A stretch of 64,000 bases of DNA from Candidatus Melainabacteria bacterium 17Bon1m (lineage in GTDB: Bacteria; Cyanobacteriota; Vampirovibrionia; Obscuribacterales; Obscuribacteraceae). How positions within the stretch are numbered: the stretch's first letter is position 1; every line of letters begins with the position of its first letter. Made by a program: the position numbers and the translations under genes. The DNA lies in contig JAVLKG010000006.1 of the NCBI GenBank assembly GCA_032128875.1, positions 314,828 to 378,827 of the forward strand. Reading direction: 5' to 3'. Shown piece by piece: positions 38,917 to 47,388 of this stretch. The notes beneath the pieces were generated by a model, which was not told where the DNA came from, ran no database searches, and was given only the letters and a program-made list of their open reading frames with translations.

Positions 38917-39975
38917 ATGACGCCCGAAAGTAACACCCCAGACTCAAAAATCAAGCAGGTGCTGGTGGTGTACAACCCCGCTTCAGGAACAGTCGGCGAT
39001 TTCGACCGGCGACTGGGCTCGATGGTTCGACATTTTGCGGAAGAGAAGGGCTATGTCGTAAACGCTCGCCCGATAACGCCTAACATGACCAGTGCGGAAA
39101 TGCTCGCGCCTGTTATGGGTCCGTTCGAGCTTGTAGTGGCTGTGGGTGGCGACGGCACCGTCGGCTTTGTGCTTGGTGCCGTTGCTGAGTCAGGATTGAA
39201 GATTCCGGTGGGCATTATTCCTTTTGGTACGGGAAATCTTCTGGCACGTGCCTTGAAGCTGTGCACTGGAAGACACGGCGAAGACCCACTGGAGCGTGCC
39301 ATGGACACGATTATGCACGGCGATACCATTAGCCTCGATCTCGGCAAGGTGAATGGAGCTTGGTTCACTATTGATGCCGGTACCGGCCCTATTGCAGACG
39401 CAATAACAAAACCAGTCAAAGAGTATAAAACTACTTTTCGCCTTCTGGCTTACGGATGGCCACTGCTGAAAAGCGTTACTCATCGTCCTCTGAGATACGA
39501 ACTTACCATTGATGGAAAAGAGAAACTTGATGTAGAAGCTTCCGGCATTTTCATTACTAATAGTTCGGAGATGGGCATCGGAGCTGAGGGGATAGAACAT
39601 CTGTCTGATGGAGTCTTAGATTTGCTGGTGATGAACCCGCGCAGTGTTGCTGACTATTGGCGGATTCTTGTGCGTTTCTTCAGATGGTTTATTCTCAATC
39701 AGGACTCAGGAAACGTGCCTTATGTTTTGCGCAAGGTAAGAACTGTCGAAATTGAAATGATACCGAAGCAAGTTAGTCGTTCTCCTCTTCATCGATTTGC
39801 ACGCAAAACGCGAGACATTTTGTCGGGTAAAACGCATGTTCCCAAATTGAAGTTTGAGGCAGAGGTTATGGTCGATGGCGAGCCCTGTGGAAAAACGCCG
39901 TGCACGGTGGAAATTGTCCCGGCGGCAGTCATGGTGCGCGTACCAAGGGCAAATGCACCGGCGCTCAGACGATAG
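38917..39975 (+). CDS. Diacylglycerol/lipid kinase family protein (YegS/DgkB-like)
   Basis: YNPASG, GGDGT, IPFGTGNLLAR, DLG, DGVLD, DGE. Confidence 0.92.
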   Translation: MTPESNTPDSKIKQVLVVYNPASGTVGDFDRRLGSMVRHFAEEKGYVVNARPITPNMTSAEMLAPVMGPFELVVAVGGDGTVGFVLGAVAESGLKIPVGIIPFGTGNLLARALKLCTGRHGEDPLERAMDTIMHGDTISLDLGKVNGAWFTIDAGTGPIADAITKPVKEYKTTFRLLAYGWPLLKSVTHRPLRYELTIDGKEKLDVEASGIFITNSSEMGIGAEGIEHLSDGVLDLLVMNPRSVADYWRILVRFFRWFILNQDSGNVPYVLRKVRTVEIEMIPKQVSRSPLHRFARKTRDILSGKTHVPKLKFEAEVMVDGEPCGKTPCTVEIVPAAVMVRVPRANAPALRR

Positions 39976-40048
39976 CTAGCAGGTAGGTACTAGGCTGTTA
40001 GCCGAAGTAGGTCTATGATGGTTCTAGAGCGATTGAGAGGTTGCCGGC

Positions 40049-40636
40049 ATGGACCAGACAAGGCGACAATTCCTCAAAATCTTGGCTTCAGCCCCCCTAA
40101 TCCTGCCACTTGGATTAACGGCGTCGCCGATCATGCGTTATCTAAAACCGACAATGAAGCCTGGTGGATTCTTTGACCCGGCGGATATGCCTGCTAACGA
40201 AGAGGAAATTGCTTTTTCACGTAGCGATTTTCCTGTGCCGTGGACATGTATTCCTTTTATGTATCACATGAAAATCACGGAATTTAACCCTGAGCAGCAG
40301 GAGATTCGTGAGATACCCGCTTTTATGATAAGGCTGGCTGATGATGAGATCGTGGCTTATTCTAGGATTTGTCCGAGAGGAAGTTGCATCCTCAACTGGG
40401 TGCCAAATCCGGATGAATTCAACTGTGGATGTGCATCTACTGCCGATAAATGTTGTTGCCACTACAAACTAAACACTCCGGCTCTAGTTTGTCCGTGTGA
40501 CTTAAGTACATTCGACCTATCTCGTGCAGGAAAAGTAGTTTTCGGGCCAGCTCCAAGACCGCCTCGTCAGTTCGACTTGAAGGTACGAGAGCACATGATT
40601 ATTGTCGGTGCATTGGAAATGCATACTGTTCAGTAA
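40049..40636 (+). CDS. Rieske-fold protein with Tat-like anchor and non-canonical ligand boxes
   Basis: TRRQFL plus TM; AYSRICPRGSC (box 1), CPCDLSTFD (box 2), G.V..GPAPRP. Confidence 0.8.
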   Translation: MDQTRRQFLKILASAPLILPLGLTASPIMRYLKPTMKPGGFFDPADMPANEEEIAFSRSDFPVPWTCIPFMYHMKITEFNPEQQEIREIPAFMIRLADDEIVAYSRICPRGSCILNWVPNPDEFNCGCASTADKCCCHYKLNTPALVCPCDLSTFDLSRAGKVVFGPAPRPPRQFDLKVREHMIIVGALEMHTVQ

Positions 40637-40646
40637 TGGCAATAAA

Positions 40647-41012
40647 CTAGTCTTTAAGTAACCCTAGTTCACGGCGTTTCTTTTTGGAAACGCCCTCAAG
40701 AACTAGATCATATGATTTGCGAATGTAATCTTTGAGCTGTTGGTCTGTGAATCCGGGCTTATCGTAGTGCTGGATCCAGAGAAGTCCCCGTGATGCCAAA
40801 TATGGTGCCGGTCGGAGTCCGGGTTGTTCTTGCAAAACCTCGAACGCCCACGGACTTACTTTTATTGTGTAGGCTTCCTCTTCTTCTTCGCTCCAAGCGC
40901 CGATTGCAAACACTTTGTCTGCGACTTTCCAGACGTGGCATCCACCCCACTGCATAACATATGTTGTGCAAGGAAGTGATTTGCAGAATTTGTTGAACTG
41001 AGCGAATTTCAA
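40647..41012 (-). CDS. MmcQ/YjbR family DNA-binding protein
   Basis: QWGG..VWKV..KVFA, PAPYLA, W, SY.LV. Confidence 0.9.
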   Translation of the reverse strand: MKFAQFNKFCKSLPCTTYVMQWGGCHVWKVADKVFAIGAWSEEEEEAYTIKVSPWAFEVLQEQPGLRPAPYLASRGLLWIQHYDKPGFTDQQLKDYIRKSYDLVLEGVSKKKRRELGLLKD

Positions 41013-41063
41013 GTTTGTATTAGCCTATGGGCGACACTTACTTGAGTTTTACCATCGTGACAA

Positions 41064-42551
41064 TTATTCGTCAAAGAGCGAATCAACGAAGAAATCAGCG
41101 TTGGTACGTTGACGCCCGTCAAGAGTCGGGTCAAAGGCTCCCGCACCTGTTTTTGAATCAACGGTAATACCAGTGAAGTCCGCTTTTAATGCGGGCATAA
41201 ATCCACCGAATAATCCAGTTGACTGCTTAACTTCAGAGTTGACATAGTTGCCACGACTATCGAGATTGCCTGTTAGCACACCAGATATGGTGCTCTGAGC
41301 ATCGCCGACAAAATTGAAGTTAAGCGATCTCGTGTCTGCGTCAAACGTAACTTTGTCGTTGGCGTCATGACGACTGCTTATGACTTCATCATCCTTGACT
41401 GCTTCTCCCAAATTGCCGTTGTTGTCTACGCGGAATGCCTTTCCATCAGCTTGGAACATGATCCGCTGCCCATCTCCAAGATTCACAACTTCTTTGTCGA
41501 AGACGGTGATGTCGTGTCCTTCTTTGGCGCGCAATTCTGGATTATCGAATGATGTGGTATGTCCGGTTATGGAAGCACCATCTGATGTTTTGACTAAAAG
41601 CACATTCTTGTTAGCTTCGATTTGATCTTCTATGTTATTGCCTTTCGCATCTTGGATATGGGGGTCGCCCCAGATCAAATGGCGCTCGGCTTTGTCATAG
41701 AACTCGGGCTCACACGGTGGCTCCGGTTCGCATGGAGTTTCTGGCTCCTCCGGAGTTTCGCAGGGTGGTTCTGGCTCGCAAGGAGTTTCGGGCTCTTCCG
41801 GCGTTTCACAAGGCGGTTTAGGCTCGCACGGATTCTTCGGCTCCTCTGGTGTTTCACATGGAGGAGTTGGTACTTCTGGTTGCTCGCATCCCGGCTTTTG
41901 CGCTCCCGGTTGTCTGTGTCCTCCGTGTCTTCCACGTCTGCTGGCGTCTTCGATATTATCGACACCATAATCAACATCGTCGCGACCGTTATTCAGCTCT
42001 CTGCGTCCTTTGCGGAGGAGCTGCATCGCCTCATCTTCTCTACCGTTGCGTATGAGGTGAAATGCCTTCGATAAGTGGTGGCGGCTGTCTGAAATTTCGT
42101 CCAACCCTTCTCTGACATTGCGCTCCCCGTGTCGATCTTGTCGGGAGTCATTAGGATTGTGTCTCAATCCATCTCTAAGGTCCTCAACGCCTCCTCTGAT
42201 GTCTCTCAGAGAGTCGCGCAGATAACTTGCTGCGCCTTCGGAGTCGCCGTTGCGAAGGGCACGCAGTGCGCGCTGAACTTCATTACCTGCTCTGTCGAGG
42301 CGGTTTTCTCCAGAATGCAATTCGTCTACGGCGCGGTTTTGGTGCCGTTGATCGTTGTGGTCATAGATATTGAAGTTTAGCCCGGCATTCAGCTCCTGCT
42401 CCATGTCATCGTTGTCTCTAGAGTCTCTTCTGAATCCACGGTTTGTGTAGCTGTCTGGTCTCCACGCATCTTGCGCTGCATACGAACCCCACTCGCTAGC
42501 TCCTTCCATCGGCTGGTGGCGTCCGGATGTGGAATCATTGGGCCTGTGCAT
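41064..42551 (-). CDS. Hypothetical protein: duplicated helical region, Cys/Pro/Glu repeats, C-terminal WGDPH (VWD/DUF1521-like) domain
   Basis: GGAGG RBS; PCETPEEP repeats; IWGDPH with WGDPH at 41658-41672. Confidence 0.8.
   Translation of the reverse strand: MHRPNDSTSGRHQPMEGASEWGSYAAQDAWRPDSYTNRGFRRDSRDNDDMEQELNAGLNFNIYDHNDQRHQNRAVDELHSGENRLDRAGNEVQRALRALRNGDSEGAASYLRDSLRDIRGGVEDLRDGLRHNPNDSRQDRHGERNVREGLDEISDSRHHLSKAFHLIRNGREDEAMQLLRKGRRELNNGRDDVDYGVDNIEDASRRGRHGGHRQPGAQKPGCEQPEVPTPPCETPEEPKNPCEPKPPCETPEEPETPCEPEPPCETPEEPETPCEPEPPCEPEFYDKAERHLIWGDPHIQDAKGNNIEDQIEANKNVLLVKTSDGASITGHTTSFDNPELRAKEGHDITVFDKEVVNLGDGQRIMFQADGKAFRVDNNGNLGEAVKDDEVISSRHDANDKVTFDADTRSLNFNFVGDAQSTISGVLTGNLDSRGNYVNSEVKQSTGLFGGFMPALKADFTGITVDSKTGAGAFDPTLDGRQRTNADFFVDSLFDE
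41705..41895 (-). repeat. Coding tandem repeat, about 3 x 48 bp (PPCETPEEPETPCEPE)
   Basis: Direct reading of the translation; 8 Cys in xCE motifs. Confidence 0.85.
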
Positions 42552-42771
42552 GTCGAACCTCCAGTAGTCAAAGCAGGCTCAGCGGGCGTTTGCTCGCTTT
42601 AGAAACTTTGAGAAACGACCAGCTCAACGCAACCTTTTAACGGCTTGATTGCGTGTGGTCTAGTAAGTGAATCGGAAGAGCGTTGCCCAATCCCATCAGC
42701 CTATGGCTGATTGGCTGGGTAAGCGGAAGCGGAAGGCTTCCACCGGTTACTTTCCGTCACGACTATGACAC

Positions 42772-42817
42772 AAAAATGACAATACGCCTGCCGCCCCTGA
42801 AAGGCGGAGAGGCGTAT
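42772..42817 (-). terminator. Intrinsic terminator of the amidase gene
   Basis: ATACGCCT.CCGCC / GGCGG..AGGCGTAT stem followed on the minus strand by TGTCATTTTT. Confidence 0.65.
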
Positions 42818-42838
42818 GCATTCATGGAAAGCGACCGG

Positions 42839-43675
42839 CTAGCCGTCTGAACCATCCCGCAGGCGACTGTATGCGGTTTGAGTCTCGCTCTGATTCTGTT
42901 GGAGCGAAGCCAAATTTCTGGCGAACCGGCTCCAGTCAAAAGCAACAGGGTCGGTCCGATCGCTGGGCTGAACTTCGCCGTGCCCGCAAATCCTTGTTAT
43001 GTTGAAACGCTCCTTGACGTAGCCTACCAGAGCAACCAAAGAATTGAGTTGCTTTTGCGTGTACTTTTGCTTGCCTGTGCGTACAATCTCGATGCCGATA
43101 CTGTTGTCGTTGTTGACGCCACCTAGCGCTGTTCTATCGTTGACGTGGACAGTAGCATAGGCTGGATCCGCGGTTTGCAGAATGGTGCCATCTCTATCAA
43201 CGATGTACTGTGCACCAGGATGGCGGGGTCCGATATTATTCCAGCTTCGCACGATGGTTCTTGCATCGGCTGGACGTCCGGTCTCAGTAGAGTGCAATAC
43301 GAGGTAACGAACGCCCCCTGTGCGCTTCCGTATTCCGCCTTTTAAAGGATAGTGGACAAACACCCTTGCACGCACCATATCTTCCGGTGAGAAGCGAGCG
43401 GCGGTGCCAACTTTAAATTTTGCGTTGATGCGATTTCTTACAGCAGCCGAGTACGGTGCTGTATTGATAGGTGTTGACCAAATGTTTGCCACAAGTGTTC
43501 GCGTCGCACGGGTGACTGTCTTCCGTCTAGTTACAGTTTTTCTTGTGCTCTTTGACTGCTTATGCTGTTGTTTTGCAGTAGTTTTATGTTTTGTCGTTGC
43601 AGAGTAACAAGGGAGTGAAAACGAGATATTTAATAGAAGAATAAGTGAAACGAACCTAAGCCACCGTGATTCCAT
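42839..43675 (-). CDS. N-acetylmuramoyl-L-alanine amidase (Amidase_2), exported
   Basis: VLHST, QYIVDRDG, NDNSIGIE, GHGE...RTDP; AGGAG RBS before ATG 43675. Confidence 0.9.
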   Translation of the reverse strand: MESRWLRFVSLILLLNISFSLPCYSATTKHKTTAKQQHKQSKSTRKTVTRRKTVTRATRTLVANIWSTPINTAPYSAAVRNRINAKFKVGTAARFSPEDMVRARVFVHYPLKGGIRKRTGGVRYLVLHSTETGRPADARTIVRSWNNIGPRHPGAQYIVDRDGTILQTADPAYATVHVNDRTALGGVNNDNSIGIEIVRTGKQKYTQKQLNSLVALVGYVKERFNITRICGHGEVQPSDRTDPVAFDWSRFARNLASLQQNQSETQTAYSRLRDGSDG

Positions 43676-43887
43676 TAATTCTCCTTTTAAAAACTGTTTC
43701 CTGAGGTGATACCAAATGTGGGGCACCGCTTGAAACTAATTAACCGCAACAACGCCAGACGCACGTATGTAATGTGCGCGCAAAGTAATAAAAAGCAGCC
43801 GAAATCGGCGGTTTGAATACCGCAGTTTCGCTAACTAATGCCGGAGTATGCGCTAAAACACGCAATGCCGAGCCATTTTTGGGCAAT

Positions 43888-43907
43888 ACTATTTACTGAC
43901 TATTTAC
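43888..43907. promoter_or_regulatory. 9-bp direct repeat, 11-bp period, upstream of the amidase
   Basis: ACTATTTAC-tg-ACTATTTAC. Confidence 0.4.
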
Positions 43908-44113
43908 CGAAATTTTTGTTCCGGAGGCGCGAGCGCCCATAAGTGCCACTTGCTCTCTTATTCACAAGATACTTGGCAGTTAACAATGTGAGTGCTTTTG
44001 TAGAGCAATCTTTACCTGAACTGATGCGGTTTTACACAACTGCAGGTTGTGGATTCACAGAGTTTTTTTTGAGTGTGTGCAAGTAGCGAATTCTCTGTTG
44101 CAAGCCTGTTGAA

Positions 44114-44521
44114 TCAAAGAACCACTAGTGCTGGAAAATGCTCGGTGTGGCTGTCACCGTTTCGCCCAAAATAAATGACCTGACCGCCGGTAATCTGCAC
44201 GAAGTAGCCGACACAACCAGCTTCCATTGTCTTTCTAACAAAGTCTACATAAGTATGTTCACCACTTTGGCTTTGTCTGACTGCATCCGCAACAGCCATC
44301 GCCGAGAAGTTCACAGCGGTGTTGTGTTGAGCGTGCGGACTCGAAACCACATGAGACGTGCCATCTGCCCAGTAATAAGTAATTTCTTGACGGCTATAAT
44401 CGGCGTGATATCGTTCGACGCCTGCTTCCGACAATTTCTTCAGCACTTCGGGAAATGTGAGCACCCCTTTGAGTGACCCTTCTGCACATTCTTCCGCAAC
44501 TTCAATGTTTTCTGGTTTCAT
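44114..44521 (-). CDS. DUF1398 family protein
   Basis: FPEV...L..AGVERY..D, Q.G...Y..F.....AGC.GY.V, Y.GR.G..H.E.F. Confidence 0.85.
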   Translation of the reverse strand: MKPENIEVAEECAEGSLKGVLTFPEVLKKLSEAGVERYHADYSRQEITYYWADGTSHVVSSPHAQHNTAVNFSAMAVADAVRQSQSGEHTYVDFVRKTMEAGCVGYFVQITGGQVIYFGRNGDSHTEHFPALVVL

Positions 44522-44550
44522 TAGGATTCCTTGAGTTTTCGGATCTCGAA

Positions 44551-45144
44551 CTATTTTAAACCTTTATATATCGAAGAAAGAATTTGCTCCAGAAGTTGTT
44601 CTCTATTTTCGCCGGTGCGTTGTGCCACCATAAGAGGATGGTGGAAATCAATTGTCGCTGTGAGTAACATCAAAGCGATTGTCGACGCGTTTCCTTTTAT
44701 CAAACCATCGTCAATAGCGCGCTGAACAAGCATGGTCATTTGCGTATTCATGAGCGCAATGTGGCGTTTGACGAATTCCTTTTCAATTTGCGAACAGAAA
44801 TTGAACGCGCGGTAAATTTCCGGGTCGTTCTGCACCTTTTCTTTCTTTGCGCGGTGTAGTACGAGAAACCATTTCGTGATGCGGTTCAGTGCATTTTTTA
44901 TAGTTTTGTCTTCGCAGACTTGTTCGAGCTGGGCATCCAAATCACAGACGAAACGCTCGCTTACCGCGTCGAATAGAGCTGCTTTATCGGCAAAGTGACT
45001 GTAGAGGGCGGCGTGAGTGATGCCCATGTCCTTGGCGATGTCGCTAAGGCGTACCTTTTCATGGCCAAACTTCCGCATACGGGCAATGGTGTGCTCGATG
45101 GCGCGCTCTCTTATTTGTTCTTGGGTTAATCCGGTCTTGGGCAT
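44551..45144 (-). CDS. TetR/AcrR family transcriptional regulator
   Basis: DIAKDMGITHAALYSHFADKAAL HTH. Confidence 0.93.
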   Translation of the reverse strand: MPKTGLTQEQIRERAIEHTIARMRKFGHEKVRLSDIAKDMGITHAALYSHFADKAALFDAVSERFVCDLDAQLEQVCEDKTIKNALNRITKWFLVLHRAKKEKVQNDPEIYRAFNFCSQIEKEFVKRHIALMNTQMTMLVQRAIDDGLIKGNASTIALMLLTATIDFHHPLMVAQRTGENREQLLEQILSSIYKGLK

Positions 45145-45162
45145 AATTCACTCTCATTTTAA

Positions 45163-45224
45163 CTTACAAAAAGTGGATTATGTAAGATTGCCATGGTATG
45201 CTTACAAATAACAAAATATGTAAG
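45163..45224. promoter_or_regulatory. Two TetR-type operators CTTACA-N12-TGTAAG
   Basis: Inverted repeats at 45163-45186 and 45201-45224 in the divergent TetR/SDR intergenic region. Confidence 0.8.
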
Positions 45225-45291
45225 TTGAAAGAAGGTCCGGACGGGAAATGCGTCCAGTCCGGCAATTTTTCGAGCAAACTGGAGAAAATCA

Positions 45292-46056
45292 ATGAAAATA
45301 CAGGGCAATACCATCCTTATTACTGGCGGGACTAGCGGAATTGGCCGCGGGCTGGCGGAGGCTTTTCATAAACTCGGCAATAAAGTAATCATCGCTGGGC
45401 GCCGACAAGCATTATTGGATGAAATCACCGCAGCGAATCCTGGCATGGAAGGCATTCAGTTGGATGTTCAGGATACGGCGGCGGTTACCAAATTCGCAGA
45501 AACGGTCGCGAAGAAATATCCGGACTTGAACTGCTTGATCAACAACGCCGGCATTACGAAAATTGAAAACTGGAAAAAAGGCGATGTGAATATAGATGAC
45601 GTCAGTTCCATCATTCAAACCAACATAACTAGTGTCATTCAGTTGACTGCAGAATTGTTGCCGCTTCTCAAGAAACAGAAGAATGTAACTGTTATCACCA
45701 CGACGTCTGGGCTCGCGTTTGTTCCGCTAATAGCTGCACCAACTTATAGCGCGACGAAAGCATTTTTGCATTCGTGGCTTCAATCAATTCGCAGTCAGTT
45801 GGAAGGTGTTGTTGAAATTCTGGAACTCGCTCCTCCTTACGTTCAAACAGAATTTGGTGGAAAGCAGCAAGCCGAAGATCCTCGTGCCATGCCGCTCAAC
45901 GAATATGTTGAAGAAGTAATTGAGTTGTTGAAAAACAATGATGCTCCAAACGGCGAAGTTTTGGTAGAGCGCGTCAGAAGCTTCCGCGACTGCGTAACCA
46001 CAGATGAGTACGATAAGACATTCTCTATGATCAATTCGATGTTCCAGTTGGTGTAA
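45292..46056 (+). CDS. Short-chain dehydrogenase (DltE-like)
   Basis: TGGTSGIG, NNAG, YSATK, PPYVQT. Confidence 0.92.
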   Translation: MKIQGNTILITGGTSGIGRGLAEAFHKLGNKVIIAGRRQALLDEITAANPGMEGIQLDVQDTAAVTKFAETVAKKYPDLNCLINNAGITKIENWKKGDVNIDDVSSIIQTNITSVIQLTAELLPLLKKQKNVTVITTTSGLAFVPLIAAPTYSATKAFLHSWLQSIRSQLEGVVEILELAPPYVQTEFGGKQQAEDPRAMPLNEYVEEVIELLKNNDAPNGEVLVERVRSFRDCVTTDEYDKTFSMINSMFQLV

Positions 46057-46080
46057 TAGTTTCAGGCAGTACCGCTAATT

Positions 46081-46122
46081 AAATGACGACCGCTTCTCCG
46101 CAACGAGTGGCGGTCGTTATTT
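46081..46122 (+). terminator. Terminator-like hairpin, copy 1 of a repeated element
   Basis: ACGACCGCT...GAGTGGCGGTCGTTATTT. Confidence 0.65.
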
Positions 46123-46264
46123 CTATCGCCCTTCTCTTCGCTAAATCGTACAAACTTGTCCGCAATTGCGCGCGCTGGTTGTATCCAAAAGGTTATAGGA
46201 ATGGACTGGTTCGAGCGGGCAAATCGGTTTAGCATTGCAGCGTTTACCTTATCGGGTGGTTGTC

Positions 46265-47311
46265 ATGGGCAAAAGATTGGCGATAATCCTACCTCTTCTA
46301 CTGGCAGGAATTTTCACCGTTCCGCCAGCATTTGGACAAACGGCTGAAGTAGACCGCGACTCTGAAGGCGCGACTTCATCTGAGCCAGTTACTGTCACTA
46401 CTAAAACTGAGACGTCCTCGGCGGCAAAGCCGTTGGGCAGACCTCGCATCGGTTTGGCTCTCGGTGGTGGTGGTTCGCGTGGTGCTGCTCACGTTGGTGT
46501 TCTGAAAGTATTGAAGGAAGAAAATATTCCGATTGATTTGGTTGTTGGCACCAGTATTGGCTCTGTCGTGGGTGGATACTATGCCGCTGGAACGCCCATC
46601 AATCAAATTGAACAACTATTCATAAATGATAGGTTCACCAAAGAATTCACTCCGCTTCCTTATGTCAGAGTGGCGACCGAACCGCTCGAACTTATGCTGC
46701 GAGTCGTTGGATACAAGCCTTATGACGGGCTTTATCGAGGCTGGAAGTTCAAAGGGTATGTCAGAAAAACCCTTAGCGATAAAAACATCGAGCAGCTAAA
46801 GATGCCTTATGGTGCGGTTGTCACTGATGTTGTAACGGGCGAGAGCTGTAGGCTCACCTCTGGCGATATTGCAGTAGCAATGGCTGCAAGTACTGCTGTG
46901 CCGGGGTTGAAGAAACCTGTTCAGATCGGTCCGCGCCTCTATTGTGATGGCGGATTGATCAACAACGTACCGGTAAATCACGCGCGCGAGATGGGCGCTG
47001 ATTTTGTCATCGCCGTTGATATCGATGAAAAGCTAAAGGACATGCCGCTGGATAAGTTTCGAGGTTTGGGTTCGATGGCGCGGCAAGCGCTAAAAATTCA
47101 GTTGGCTACTTTTGATAGCCATAATTCAAAAACTGCGGACGTGTACATTCATCCTGATACTACCGGCATCAGCCTTGTATCTTTCAAAAAATCCGATGGG
47201 CAAACCGGCATAGAAGCAGGTATTGCTGCTGCACGTGCAGCAATGCCGGAATTGAAGAAGAAGTTGTCCACAATGGGCATTGCTCTAAAACCCGGAAGCA
47301 ATACACAGTAG
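46265..47311 (+). CDS. Patatin-like phospholipase with signal peptide
   Basis: GGGGSRG, GTSIG, DGG. Confidence 0.92.
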   Translation: MGKRLAIILPLLLAGIFTVPPAFGQTAEVDRDSEGATSSEPVTVTTKTETSSAAKPLGRPRIGLALGGGGSRGAAHVGVLKVLKEENIPIDLVVGTSIGSVVGGYYAAGTPINQIEQLFINDRFTKEFTPLPYVRVATEPLELMLRVVGYKPYDGLYRGWKFKGYVRKTLSDKNIEQLKMPYGAVVTDVVTGESCRLTSGDIAVAMAASTAVPGLKKPVQIGPRLYCDGGLINNVPVNHAREMGADFVIAVDIDEKLKDMPLDKFRGLGSMARQALKIQLATFDSHNSKTADVYIHPDTTGISLVSFKKSDGQTGIEAGIAAARAAMPELKKKLSTMGIALKPGSNTQ

Positions 47312-47329
47312 TAAGCCAGTTAATCCGAC

Positions 47330-47370
47330 AAACGACCGCTGCCTCTTTTTTGAGTAGCGGTCGTTTTCTT
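47330..47370. terminator. Terminator-like hairpin, copy 2
   Basis: AAACGACCGCTG...GAGTAGCGGTCGTTTTCTT. Confidence 0.7.
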
Positions 47371-47388
47371 TAATGCGCTTTTTTCGAA

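Noticed and set aside
43727-44113. c-di-AMP or other riboswitch upstream of the amidase
   Set aside because: One weak hairpin with a T-run, but no recognisable aptamer consensus.
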